Notes under the pieces: generated by a model
The model's input: the letters and a program-made list of their open reading frames with translations, nothing else
Databases searched by the model: none
Told to the model about the DNA's origin: nothing
Assembly (NCBI GenBank): GCA_964016885.1
Contig: OZ024755.1
Span: 16,120,001 to 16,184,000 of the forward strand
Direction of reading: 5' to 3'
DNA length: 64,000 nt
Origin: Eledone cirrhosa
Lineage: Eukaryota
Translations under genes and position numbers: made by a program
Shown here: positions 13,163 through 25,974 of the stretch, in pieces
How the letters are laid out: every line of letters starts with the position of its first letter
Position numbering within the stretch: position 1 is the stretch's first letter

Positions 13163-13844
13163 TAATGGAACCGCCCAGTTCCACACAGTAAACTTGATTG
13201 ATGTTAGGAAGGGTATCCAGCTGTAAAAAAACGGCCAAAATACAGATCTGTTCGAGCAAGTTATGGCATGGTCAAATGGCCAAACTCTCCTCATAACAGG
13301 ACCACCCAGTTCCACACTATAAATGTGGTTGGTGTTAGGAAGGGCATCCAGCTGTAAAAAAAAAAACCCCAGCCAAAATATGATTCCATTTGAGCAAGCT
13401 ATGGCACGGCCAACTTGCTTCATAACATGAACAACCTGTCTAGCCCATGCAAGCATGGACAATAAGGTGCTAAATGGTGATGATATATAATTGACTCTCC
13501 TATAGTATATTGACGTATGAGGGTTCAACTGTCTTCTCAGTTAATGTTTTTTAATGGTTATGCCTTAAATGGATCTTGGTGTTAGATCTTAGATCATGAA
13601 GATGGACCAGATGAGGTGAAATTTTTCAAAGTTCTCTATACCTTGTTGGCAGGGAGTTCTCTGTTTTCCATATGCATATATATAGGCTATTGAAGTCATA
13701 GGAATCATATTCATTATGACTCCAGTTGCTCTCATTATGCACTCAATGCCAGCAATTACCCAGTGCATTACTAATAAAGTACCAGTAATGCACTAGGTAA
13801 TTGCTGGCCTTGTGCCTAAAGTAGAAACAATTATGCACTCAATG

Positions 13845-14302
13845 AGAACAACATGCCTCCTGCTACTACCAAGGTATACTTAGACATATAGTTGAGACTT
13901 GCAGACCCCATCATGATGTCATCTGAACTCGTATCAAATGTGAAGACAGTACTGCAGGCCAACAATTCATTATGACTCCAGTTGCTCTCATTATGCACTC
14001 AATGAGACATGATTTAAACATGGAAACTCGCCAAAACTGTACCCAGAGTGTACACTCTACATTATTCGTAATGGGGGAAGCTACACATAGAATGTGGTAA
14101 ATATACACCATCTGCCCTGGACTAAATTTATATATACATACACACACACATGTACTAAAAGACAGTATAGTTACTTGTGCTTTGTTGGCCTGCAGTACTG
14201 TCTTCACATTTGATACAAGTTCAGATGACATCATGATGGGGTCTGCAAGTCTCAACTATATGTCTAAGTATACCTTGGTAGTAGCAGGAGGCATGTTGTT
14301 CT
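13845..14302. repeat. 121-bp inverted repeat in a FRMD8 intron
   Basis: 13845-13965 is the reverse complement of 14182-14302 with one mismatch seen. Confidence 0.92.
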
Positions 14303-15239
14303 AATCTCAGACTTGGTGGAAGAGATTTTGAATTTATATCATATTCATATATAATTAATATCTTGATTAGAAACAATTAAGTTTTCCTTATAGAATATTA
14401 TTTATTTACTTAAGTTTTTTGCACAACTCCTATGTTGTTGCTCGGTGTGTTAAAAATACCAGCCACAGCTCCCTCAAATCACACCTTATTATCTTTAAAA
14501 ATGAGAAGGTCACATTGGACAATGTAGTCATAAATATATAAAAAGATGGAGAGGTCATGGTTGGGATCCTTTTGATCATAGGTCTACCCTCTGTCAGGGC
14601 TGACATTGGCTTAAAAGCAAGAATATAGTTTTCCTGAGCCAGCAAACCAGTGAAGGAGACTATGGAGTTAGTCAATCTGCTGCCAAGTCTCCCTCATATA
14701 ACATATTATCCTATCCTATGTGGAGGCACGTGACCTAGTGATAAGAGTGTTGGACTTACTATCATATGTTATGGGTTCGATTCCTGAGCTGGGTTCTGTG
14801 TTGTGTTCTTGAGCAAAACACTTCATTTCACATTACTGAAAATGAGTTCCAGCAGCAATAGTTGGGGGTTTAACCTTGCGATGGACTGGTGTCCAGTCCA
14901 GGGTGGAGTCATGTAATGTCAGTCGTTTAACACCATGGAAATTGGGATAAGTACTAGCATGATGAGCCTCCAGGCTCAAGGCAAGCTTTAGACTTATTTT
15001 TCATCCAATCCTATATTATCTTCGGTTGTCTAGTGGGATGCCCCACTGATTCCACATATCACTTCTATTCGTCAGTCATTCATGATGGTCTTGAACTCCT
15101 CTACTGTCTCTAACTCAGTGTCCATGTATGTGATTTTCCTCCTCCCTCTACAGCCTTAAATAAAGGACGAACACTTTTGACAACATAATCCTAGATACAC
15201 TGTGCTAGCAACTACATGGTTTACTGTATTCCATTTCAG

Positions 15240-15298
15240 ATTATCCCATGCTGATGTTACAAAGAAATGTATTTTTTTCAAAAGAAGAGGAAAGGAGT
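15240..15298 (+). CDS. FRMD8: FRMD8 exon (DYPMLMLQRNVFFSKEEERS)
   Basis: TTTCAG acceptor, GTAAGT donor, phases 1/0. Resembles DEPFLQFRRNVFFPKRRE. Confidence 0.92.
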
Positions 15299-15361
15299 GT
15301 AAGTCCAGTTACTCAAGTTGTTTCTATCAATTCAATGTACATAACCATTTTCACTTTATAT

Positions 15362-15650
15362 TTAGTGTTGGTGCCACAATAAAAAGCACCCAGTCCACAC
15401 TGTAAAGTGGTAGTACTCATTCCACTATAAAAAGCATCCAGTCCACATTATAAAGTGGTAGTGTTGGTTCCACAATGAAATGCATTCAACCCACATGGTA
15501 AAGTGGTAGTGCTAGTGCCACAATAAAATGCACCCAACCCACACTGTAAAGTGGTAGTGTTGGTTCCACAATGAAATGCATTCAACCCACATGGTAAAGT
15601 GGTAGTGCTAGTGCCACAATAAAATGCACCCAACCCACACTATAAAGTGG
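15362..15650. repeat. ~39-47-bp tandem repeat related to the reverse complement of the 6105 unit
   Basis: TAAAGTGGTAGTG.T.GT.CCACAAT.AAATGCA..CAACCCACA, about 7 copies, alternating variants. Confidence 0.85.
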
Positions 15651-16019
15651 CCGGGGACACAATATGTATATATGTGTGTATATATACACACACACAACAG
15701 GCTTCCTCATCATTTTTGTCTACTAAATTTCATTCATAAGGTATTAGTCAACCCAATGCTATATATAGTAGAAGACATTTGCCTAAAGTGTTATGCAGTC
15801 GCATTGAACCCCAAACCATTATTAATTCTCATAACTACATTTTACTTGAGCCTATTTTCTTAAATGTCACAAAACTATCTGCTCTAATGTCAATGAAATA
15901 CAAGTAAGAAAATGAAGTCTAGAATCTTGTTGATCGATTGGAGTTGCAAAAATAAAAAAAATATAAGAATATGAATACAAAATAAAGGTTTCCTTTGTTC
16001 TTTTGTTTTTTATCTTTAG

Positions 16020-16186
16020 CTCGAGGATGAAAGCATATTATCTCTGTTGTATCACGAAGCTCAATACAATGTCTTAGAAGGTCGGTATGTCGTTGACAAA
16101 GAAGAATACGATGAGTTGGCTGCTCTTCAGTTTATCATAGAAGAGGATCATTACTCAGCTGACAAAGGATTATCACAAAATCAAAG
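16020..16186 (+). CDS. FRMD8: FRMD8 exon (LEDESILSLLYHEAQYNVLEGRY...QNQR)
   Basis: Polypyrimidine plus TTTAG acceptor, AG|GTTGGT donor, phases 0/2. Resembles [21 protein letters not shown]. Confidence 0.93.
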
Positions 16187-16896
16187 GTTGGTGTGTTGGG
16201 AGAATATACTAATTTCTAAATTAAAGATCCAGGGCTTTCTAGCCTCTGCTGGAGGAACCCCTCTCCACTGCTTTCTGTTTGGTTTTTTTAAGTTAAAAAT
16301 CCAGAGCCTTCTTACTCCTGTTGGACGAACCCCTCCCTGTTTGACCTCCACTGCTTTATGTTTGGTTTTGTAAGTTAAAAATCCAGAGCCTTCTCACTCC
16401 TGTTAGAGCAAAGTCTCTCTGGAACCTTATGATTGCAAAGCTAACTCTTTAACCAGTCAGCCATACTGTGTGATACATTATATTGAATATGTATTAAATT
16501 ACTGGCATATTAAGTGTTTTGGACACATAGGCAAAATGCATATTTTCAATAAAAAAGGATTCAACTACATTTTATTTAATTGAAATATTTTCTATGTATC
16601 CAGATTTTAGGGACACCATCTATATGCAAATCAGTCTATTTACATCCCTAGTAACAGTGGGTTCATAAGCAATGTCTCTGAGAAGGTGCCTGTCTGTTTG
16701 TAATTACATGGATGCCTAAAACCATTGTCAAAAGCATGTTACATGCTACCAAGTCAACCTCGATTTTTAATGATAACGTTAGTCCTTAGGACGTTCATAT
16801 AGATATGCATCCATACTTTTTTTCTTATACATATAGTTGTTTTATTATATGACTATCATATGTAAGGCTCAAATAAATTCTGTGTATCTGTTTTAG

Positions 16897-17103
16897 GAAT
16901 AATTTGGAAAGATATTATCCAGAATTCATGTGCAAACGGCGTTGGCAAATCCCAGGTATCAAAAATACATCACGAAATGATATGGAAGTACGGTTTGAAG
17001 AGAAAATAGCACAAATTTCACGGCATTTGTCTCAAGATCAACAAGACAGAGTATATCTTTATAGAAAGTATTTGAAGATATTATGGGACACACCTTTTTA
17101 TGG
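16897..17103 (+). CDS. FRMD8: FRMD8 exon (NNLERYYPEFMCK...YLKILWDTPFYG)
   Basis: TTTTAG acceptor, GG|GTAAGT donor, phases 2/2. FERM YL...LPFYG-type motif. Confidence 0.93.
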
Positions 17104-17473
17104 GTAAGTTATATTCTTTAAATAAGTAAATGCTTGCTCGAGGATATGAACTCAACACCCTATATTTTCCATTTCCATTAACCCGTAACTTCTGGTGGAG
17201 TTATATGGGTGCGATAGTGACATACTGTGTTTCTTAGGCTTTTGTTTTTTAAAGCTGGAGGAGCCCATCTCTGCAGTTATTATTTATAAGAGCTGAACTT
17301 ATTAAGCATGCAAGATTTCATAGGTCTAGCATCACTCCTTCATAGTCAGTCTATGAACTTTTCATCCCACCCTATGTATGAGCTGATAAAAAGATTCACT
17401 ATTTATCTATTTGAAATGTTTGTGGTGTGAGATTAACCAAAGACTGATTTATATTCCTTGTTTTCTATTCAAG

Positions 17474-17603
17474 ATCTGCATTCTTTAGCGCTGTTGTTGA
17501 CCGTCCTACATCTAGACTCCAGATGGTTTTTGGAGTACATTCAATGCATGTATGGGTTTGCATCAACACAGAAGGAGTTTGTATCATTGAAAAAGACAAA
17601 GAT
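17474..17603 (+). CDS. FRMD8: FRMD8 exon (SAFFSAVVDRPTSRL...VCINTEGVCIIEKDKD)
   Basis: AAG acceptor, GTGAGT donor, phases 2/0. Resembles CAFFHGEVDKP...VAISLEGVHVID. Confidence 0.92.
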
Positions 17604-17848
17604 GTGAGTTATTATTATTATTTCCATTATTATTTTTATTGCACATCATTACTGCTTTACCGAGCACAGCTCTGTGTGCCTTGGGTATGAGCAGTGTAGT
17701 TTTTGCTGATGTTTCACCAACTTCGAATTCTATGAAGGTTTGTCCATTTCTTAGACATAAAATAGTGGTGTCTGCTTATATTTGAGTATATACAGTAAAT
17801 GAAATAGTGATAAAATATAAAATAAAACAATTATTTCTTTATTTCTAG

Positions 17849-17998
17849 TTTGTTGATCTGGCAGTTCCATTCAGAGAGATGTCCTGGCATTTCCATGATG
17901 GTAACGAGGATGCAAAATTGCCATCATTGTTTATTCAGTTTATTGTGAAAGATGGTGAAGAAACTGTGACGAAGTTATTAGAAATTAATTCCCGACAG
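17849..17998 (+). CDS. FRMD8: FRMD8 exon (FVDLAVPFREMSW...TKLLEINSRQ)
   Basis: TTTCTAG acceptor, CAG|GTTGGT donor, 150 nt, phases 0/0. Resembles FQELSW...NKLLKIYSKQ. Confidence 0.93.
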
Positions 17999-18779
17999 GT
18001 TGGTTTCCTTGCTAACATGGTTGGTCTTCATGTCAGAATTGGTACAGAGTGGGGGATGGAAGGTAGAAAGAAACAGCTTATATTGACTGCTAGGGTTGCT
18101 CTCATTATTCATCATCACCATTGGCGTTTTAACATCTGCTTTCCCTACTAGCAAGCATTGGCCAGGTCCAAAGTCTGAGTCAGTACGGAAGTAGGGCCAC
18201 TGATCTCCCAGACAGGCTGAAGAGATCTGCATTTCACTTATGTATGGTCTGATGTTCTAGTGAGTGCACAAGAGAGGTTGTCATGTCTTTGACACAACTG
18301 AGGGTCCTCCCAACTCTTTGTTTGGCAAGATTTCTATGGCTGAATGCCCTTCCTATCACCAACCACCTTACAGCATGTACTGGGTGCGTTTGTGTAGATC
18401 ACCAAATACTAGGAAGGCTGTCATGTCCTTGATACAACTGAAGTGTCCTCATTAAAATGGATAAGATTCATAACATGTTTAGCTATTCTAAACCGTATAC
18501 AAATGGAAGCTATTCACATTCAAAGTTACATACTATACTTACCTACATTGATCCAGTCTTAAACCTCTTAATTGATTTTAAGTAGTATTAATTTCTAATT
18601 TACGTGCAATTTTGGGGAAGGGCAAAGTTGATAAAATCAACCCCAGTACTTTACTGGTACTTTATTTTATTGACTAATATTAATGCTAAGCAAATTTGAA
18701 AAAAATCAACCCCAGTGCTTGACTGGTACTTTATTTTTTTAACTCTAAGTAATATTAATCCCTGACTCTGGTATTTCAG

Positions 18780-18885
18780 GCTAAGTTAATGAATGCCCTT
18801 ATAGACTCTATGGTGAAGAAGAAACGACAGCGACCTCGCCGTAACAGTGAACAGAGTTATGATTCTGTAGATGGTTGTGTCACAA
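18780..18885 (+). CDS. FRMD8: FRMD8 exon (AKLMNALIDSMVKKKRQRPRRNSEQSYDSVDGCVT)
   Basis: TTTCAG acceptor, A|GTAAGA donor, phases 0/1. Resembles AELMSSLIEYCI at the end of the FERM domain. Confidence 0.9.
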
Positions 18886-19470
18886 GTAAGATATACAGCT
18901 TTGTTTTCATTTTCACATTACAATTTCACCATCACCATCACTACTATAACCACCATCATTGTCATCATCATCACCACCACCACCATCGTCACCATCATCA
19001 TTGTCACCATTATCACCATCACAGTCATCACCACCATCACATTACAAATTATTATAAATCATATTACATATCATCATTTTCTGTCAGTTTTCCATGCTAG
19101 CATGAGTTTGGTGGGCTGTTACAGACTCTAGGGAGGTTGTCATGTCCTTGACACAATTGAAGAATCCTATCAACCCTTCATTTGGGATTCTATGGCCAGA
19201 TGCCTTCCCTAATGCCAACCACTGTACACAATACACTATAACTTTGAAGATTCATGAGCCGCATGCAGTCCATTTGGGTCTCTAAATGGCATGCTTATAT
19301 TTCTATTAACTTTTTCGGGATCTATTAATTATTTTATTGCTAGGATAGTAACTTAACTTATGGTTCTTATATAAAATGGTGGAAGGTATTAATTTAAACA
19401 GGAACACTTTCAAATGGGTGGTTTGGGGCAGATTTGTATTAAAAGGATTAAATATGATTTCTATTTTCAG

Positions 19471-19533
19471 GTATGTTCAACAAAAGTTTAAACAGACTCA
19501 AACGCCTCAGTTTGGACACATACACAATCTCAG
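19471..19533 (+). CDS. FRMD8: FRMD8 exon (SMFNKSLNRLKRLSLDTYTIS)
   Basis: TTTTCAG acceptor, CAG|GTAAGA donor, phases 1/1, open frame. Confidence 0.82.
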
Positions 19534-21057
19534 GTAAGACTGGTTAAATCAACTTTTAATGTATATGTAGCTGATCTCTAGATTTTTAGGAAGTGTTGAA
19601 GAGATAAAGTCAACATAAAGAATGGTGTGCCCATGTGTGGAGATGCTATAAAGATAGAAAAAGAAGTTGCAATCAGCCATTATGAGGCACCGAACTCCAT
19701 ATCTCCTAGCTGGTATCTGGGAGATATAGGGTTTGATTCCTCATAGTGGCTGATAGTTCTAAGATGAAAGCTCATCAGGCTGGTGCTTATCCCTGGTTTC
19801 CTTGGCATTAAGTGACTGAGAGTACAAGACTCTCCCTGGACAGGACGCCAATCTATCGCAGGATTAACTCTCCAGCTACTGATGGTACTCACTCTCAGTT
19901 GAGTACTGGAGCAATGTGAAATAAAGTATTTTGCTCAAGAACAAAACACAGCAGCCTGTCCAGGAATCAAACCGATGACATTACTATTGTATGGCAAACA
20001 TCCTAAACCTTGGGGTATACTTGGTATTTCTTTTAATTTTTGATTCCTAAGGAAATTGACAGTTATTACAGAATTGAATGAAATACCTTGTGGTAGTTAA
20101 TCCAGCTCCTTCTGTTCTATATGCAAATCCTGCTGTGGTCAAGTTTGCCATTTGTTCTTCCTGAGCTCCATAAATAAACTGAGTGTAAGGCGATGGACTG
20201 ACCGACTCAGTGTAGCATTGGATGGGATACCTTGCGGTATTTCCCCAGTTTTGAGCTCAAATCTTTCCTTGGTCTGTTTAGATGCTTGGCTTAATTCATT
20301 GCCTGGTTTGTTACCACCAACAACAAATGAATATATTGAAAAATTCAAATAAAACCTGCACTCTGCATTACATTTAAAAAGTTTTAGACATATTAACATT
20401 AGCATACCAACCTGGAGGAGAGCCAGGGATAGACCTCAGGCAAGGTGGTTAGATAGCATCTAAGAGCTTGGCTGATCTCGCTTGGGTTAGAGATGGTTGA
20501 TTCTGACAAGACACGCTGGAAGGAATGTTTGAGGTCTCTGCCCCCGTAACCCTCTCGGGAATAAGTGGGTGAAGAAGAAAAAAAGAATTTCTATCCTGAT
20601 TCTATCATTAATCATTAATGAATATTTCATCCATATATATTTACTGTATTGCTAAGATAATGAGCATTTTTGTAGAATTAAATTCGTGAAGTTTTTGATG
20701 TATTTATTTTTGTTAAATCATCTTTAAGAATATAAAAATAGAGTTAACTACCTTGATTAGATAAGTTTTGTGGAAGTTACTTCACTTTAGTGATTAATCG
20801 TTGTAATAACCCAGCAGTTATTTCTCTTGAATTTAAAACTTTTTTTTTTTTACCCTGTTAATTTCTTTGAAATTGTTATTGTTTAGTCTCATGTCAGCTC
20901 TCTGTTTATTCGTCGTAATTGAAAATCATAGGTAGTGTCTTTTATTAGAAATATGGTAACGAAAGGGTTACATTATCTCACATAATTTTGATTGTTTGGT
21001 GTCAGTATTTACAGCTATATATCATTAAATGTCTTTCTTTTTTTTTATAACACTTCA

Positions 21058-21386
21058 TACTCTCGGGTCCAATATAATAGGAGGGGAGGGGGGTCGGTAA
21101 TTTTTCTATGTTGTCTCAATTAATTAATTTAAAAACCAGAATTAATTGTTTAGTTTACATATTGAGACCCCAAACCATCCTATTTATTTTTATAACATAT
21201 GGGATTTCTTGTAATGTACTTATTTTGTCTTGTATAATGTCTAAAGAAAATTGTCGCAGGAATGCTACCACTTAAAAAATAATTTCAACAGAAATAGATT
21301 AACAAAATTTAATAAGCAGAGGTGAGGTGGAAAAAATCTGAAAAATTAATAAGCGGCGTGGGGGCATTATTTGAGACCCGAGAGTA
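21058..21386. mobile_element. MITE with TA-flanked TIRs
   Basis: TACTCTCGGGTC...GACCCGAGAGTA termini. Confidence 0.7.
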
Positions 21387-21447
21387 TATTTTCTTATCTC
21401 TGTATCCTTATGCTATTTATCATTTTTTTTTGTTTGTTTTTTTACAG

Positions 21448-21464
21448 GAGAACGACTCAGTTAA
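21448..21464 (+). CDS. FRMD8: FRMD8 terminal coding exon (GERLS-stop)
   Basis: Strong T-tract plus ACAG acceptor, phase 1, TAA at 21462-64. Spliced CDS from ATG 11639 totals 1203 nt (400 aa plus stop). Confidence 0.75.
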
Positions 21465-23109
21465 ATGAAAGACGAGCTGACCCTTCACATTCCATATGAC
21501 ATTTCACTTATTTACTTCATTCACTGCGTTGAAAGTTTGCTTCTGTCTTGCATCCTTTTCCTTCTCCCAGTTTTTTTGTTTTTTTTTCCATCTCATTTTT
21601 GTTGATATCAAAATATGTGCTAAAGGAATTGATTCTTCGTGACTATGTGGTGCAAAGAATTGCCGGTTGTGCTCTTATATGGACACTTATTTATTGCTTT
21701 TAATCATTTTGTTGTTCTCCAATAATTTCAACAATGGGACAAACCTTTTACACAGGGTTATTACCACAGTTCTTTCTGATTTTAATTATTTAAATCATTT
21801 TACTTTGTGTCTTTTTACCAAGTTTTGTGAGACAGTTTTTCATCACACCTTATATACTTCTTAGATAAGTCAGCTTTTCTTTTTTTTTTTATTGAAAGAA
21901 ACTTAGACATGAAAATTTGCGTGACTTATCTACTGAACTTTGCTCTCGATTTGAAATATTAAAAAAATTAAATTTAAACCAAAATATTATAAAGAAACTG
22001 TGACTTATATACGAGTATATATGGCAATTCATTTTGTTTGTGTTTTAAAATATTTTTTCGTAAATTTATTTATTCACTTACTTATTCACCCAAATCTTTT
22101 AAGTGTTATTACTCTGTAGCTAATATTTGGCAAAATCTTCCCTCAAAAGTGCAACTTGAAATGTATATAAATTGTTTGTCCAGCTTCAATAATAACAGCA
22201 AAAGAATGAAAATGTTTACTGCTATAAAAAATTTACTTCTGTTTATTAACTAGTAATGTTAAAAAAATATATGGTGTTATAAAGAGTTTGTGCAACATCA
22301 ATAACTTTGAATGTGGTCATGACAGGAACAACAAATTGTAAACTGAATTTAATTTAAGTTTGTCTCGAGCCCAGAGGCTCATTAGGCCAGTTTCCATGAT
22401 GTTAAGCGACTGTGAGTACAAGACTTCCTCCTGTACAGGACATCAGTCCATTGCACGGTTAAACCCCCAGCTACTGTTGCTGTGGCTGGTACTAATTTTC
22501 AGCTGAGTATACTGGAGCAATGTGAAATGAAGTGATTTGCTGAAGAACACAACACAACCCAGTCTAGGAATCAAATCCACGACTTTATGATCATAACTTC
22601 AACAACCTTACCACTAGGTCATGCACCACCACAAACTGAATCTATAAAAGCATTATTTGTATGAATTTTAAGTAATAAGTTCATAATTTTAACATTAAAC
22701 ACAACCATCTTGTTTTATGACAATTAATAATCATGCAAACTAGTTTTCCATCACTTTGAAAACATTTCTTGGTTTCTAAGTAATTATAATAAATTTTAAA
22801 TAAAAGAGTGGAAAGTTGGCAGAATTAGTAGAGCATTGGATAAAATACCTTTACAGTATTTATTCTGGTGCTTTACATTCTAAATTCAAACCCTACTAAA
22901 GTGAACATTGCCTTTCATCCTTCCTGAATTGATGAAGTGCTAGTTATTTGCTGGAGTCAATTTAAAAATGACTTTCCCCTCTTCCCCAAATTACTGGCCC
23001 CGTGCCTAAATTAACAACCAATGAGTTATAAATAATTAGTGCTATTTTAAGAATAGTAATGTCCCAAAACTATCTGCAGTTTACAGTGTATTTCTGTCCC
23101 ACATACATT

Positions 23110-23266
23110 TACCGTATTTCCTAGCGCCGAAGACGCTTCGTCCTCGAGGATGCACCCAAAAAATTTTGAAAAAAAATAATTAACAACCTATCGTCTCCAG
23201 GACGCATGGTAGATTTTTTAGACTTATTTTAGGAAAAAAGTAACATCTTTGCCGGGAAATACAGTA
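23110..23266. mobile_element. pogo/Tigger-like MITE
   Basis: TACCGTATTTCC...GGAAATACAGTA termini with internal AAGACGC motifs. Confidence 0.55.
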
Positions 23267-25553
23267 AATGTTATTAATGTGTAAAATTATGCAAGGACTT
23301 TATAAATACCTTGTATATATTACTTGTTTAATAAACAGATAATTTTAAATCTGCCAATAAAGTAAATTATTCTTGGTATCATGTTGAAATGTCTGTAATT
23401 TTGAAAATCAATGCATTTATACTTTAATACTTACCATTTGGTGCCGAGGGAGGAGCTGAGTTGCCAACTGATCACCATCTAGTTATCAGCTGCATAAGAT
23501 TTATATAAAGCTAGGAGAGCCCTCAAAATGGACATTTGGTTAGAATGTCTCAGGAAAGAATTGCTGGACAGATTTTACATTAACTTTTAGATACAAATCT
23601 TTTTTTTTTTTAATCAACAATATTGTGTCAAAAACAAACATGTCCATTATATATGCATATAAATCATCATCAAAACCAACTGGCAGAGGACCCAGGGGTA
23701 GTCCTGAGCAAGATGGTTGGATAACATCCATGAGCTGGGCTGGTCTCGCTTGCAGATCCTGGAGGATAAAATAGTCAAATAAAATTTTCAAGTTTTTAAG
23801 ATTATATTTTATAAGAACAAACATATATTTGAAGATTTACGATGTTATTTTGACATTTCTATAGCTGCTTATGTTAACCTGTGATAACAGAACTCTTAAC
23901 ATCACCATTTAATGTCCATTTTTCCATGCTAGCATGGGTTAGACAAGTTGTCCCATTATGAGACAAGCCTGGTCATATACATATATTCACACACGTGTGT
24001 GTGTGTGTATATATATGTGTGTGTGTGTGTCCATGAAGGTTAATGCACCAAGTTGAGATCTGACACGAGATAGTCTCTCTTGGTGAGGGTGAGTGGAGTC
24101 TCTCTGAGTCTTGGTTGACAGCCCACACAGTGATGGCGTCATGATAAAAGCACTGGTTTTTGCATTACATTATAAACACTCTCTTCCAACATGCCTTTAG
24201 CCAGCATGGAAGAGTAGGCTCATAAAATTAACATGAAAAAGTCACCTCAGAGATTCGTTGTACAGGAAAGTTGGCTGGCAAGAGAAGCAGAGGTTGGCAG
24301 CCAAAACAATGGCTTGATAATGTCAACTTATGAACGGGACTTGACCTTTGCTCTTTAAACTCTGCTGTTGGTGATCAAACTTTGTTGAGAAAAATATCTC
24401 ATGCTGATGCGGAGTTTTCATCTAGAGAAATATGTGTATATATATATATATGTGTGTGAGTGCGAAAATTATTAGTTGTATTCTTGATATAGTAGGAAAG
24501 AGTCTTAATGGTAGTCCTTCATCAGAACATAGAAGAAATAGAAAGATAGAGGATTTTGGTCCATCCCTCAACCTGCTAGAAATAGGGGCTAAGTTCTGTC
24601 ACTTGAATCCAATTAATTCTACCAAATTCTTTGCTGGCCAAGTTTAGAACAACCTTAAAACATACGTTAAAGATATCGTCCAACCAGCCAGAAATAGCAG
24701 CCAAATTATATTCAACAAATAAATACAACTTTAACTGTAAGAATGACCGACTCAGTAGTATTGCAGATATACGTTCCTGACTTCCACTTCTATGGACTTC
24801 ACTGTCTTCATGTCTAAAGTTGAAATGGTTTCTACTGTTTAAGTTACCCCCCCCCCCTTCTTCTTTCAATTGTAGAGAAGAAACTTTATTTGTTTCTTAT
24901 TCATAAGATTTTATTTATTTTCGAGTTCATCCTACTTCCTTGTACACAACTTAGTTAATCTGGAGGTAAGATAAACAAGAGATGTCAAAATCGTTACACC
25001 GGTACGTTGGAACCTATTTTTTATATTGCGTTTACTTAAAGAGTTATGTAATGTTTGATTTGTAACTATACCATTACTAGGTTGTCTTTTCACAAGAACA
25101 TATTTTACACTGTTCCCACATACGGAGTCCTTATCTAATATAATTCTACATTTCTTTGTTGATAAATCTCTCTATACATACACACATGCAAGCACGTGTA
25201 TTTTAAAAACCAAGTATGGAAAATTTTATTTGTCATGTTTTTTAGGATATGATTTTAAATTTATAGAACCCTTCCTAAACATGTTATGTTAAGAATGTAT
25301 ATACCAGACATTACCGCGTTCTAAAACTGGAGGACACTGTCAACGATGTAGTGTTATAGTAACACAGGATTGTCACAACGCACTAAGGCGGGTTTATTTT
25401 TTAGTTAACTCCTTTGTAAATAGTGAAGATACCCTAATTTTATAGCCCCCTTTCCCCGGTAACATGCCCCGTGAGGTGAAGTGGTTGTTGCCCTCGCCGT
25501 CCTTGGGCAATATCTTCTCCATCCTCTCAGTTTAGGTCGTTTCTGTTGTTAAG

Positions 25554-25584
<31 letters not shown>

Positions 25585-25974
25585 ATATATATATATATAT
25601 ATATATATAGTTCAAGAAATGACAAGACAATCATATTAGTATCATGCAAATATATATATATATAGCCAACCAAATATAATTAACTTTGTTTTGAAATAGC
25701 GAGCGGTTTGAAATTTAGTAGAAATAGAAGCTTTCGCCGTATTTTTTACTAAAGAAATTTTAGCCTTATAGTGGGGTTTAAAACACTCTAAAAATGGAAA
25801 TGGGTGAGTATTGACGTATATATATAACTTACGAAGGCCAATTAGTTGTGACACACCTCTTATCTGTTTGTGTGTAGAGAGATTATCAACACCCAAGTGC
25901 TATCAAGAACGCGTCTGGGGTTCTCTCTTCAGCGAGGTGGAGAGAATACTTTGCTGAACTCTTAAAACTGATCA

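Noticed and set aside
18886-19100. His-rich C-terminal extension of FRMD8
   Set aside because: Lies after a GTAAG donor and is an intronic (CAT/CAC)n repeat.
25395-25525. Short GC-richer minus-strand ORF MEKILPKDGEGNNHFTSRG...
   Set aside because: About 42 codons, no recognisable family and no convincing splice sites.
25885-25940. Hammerhead-like motif on the minus strand (CTGAAGA-gagaac..gttctt-GATA)
   Set aside because: GAAA is mutated, there is no NUH site and stem I does not pair.
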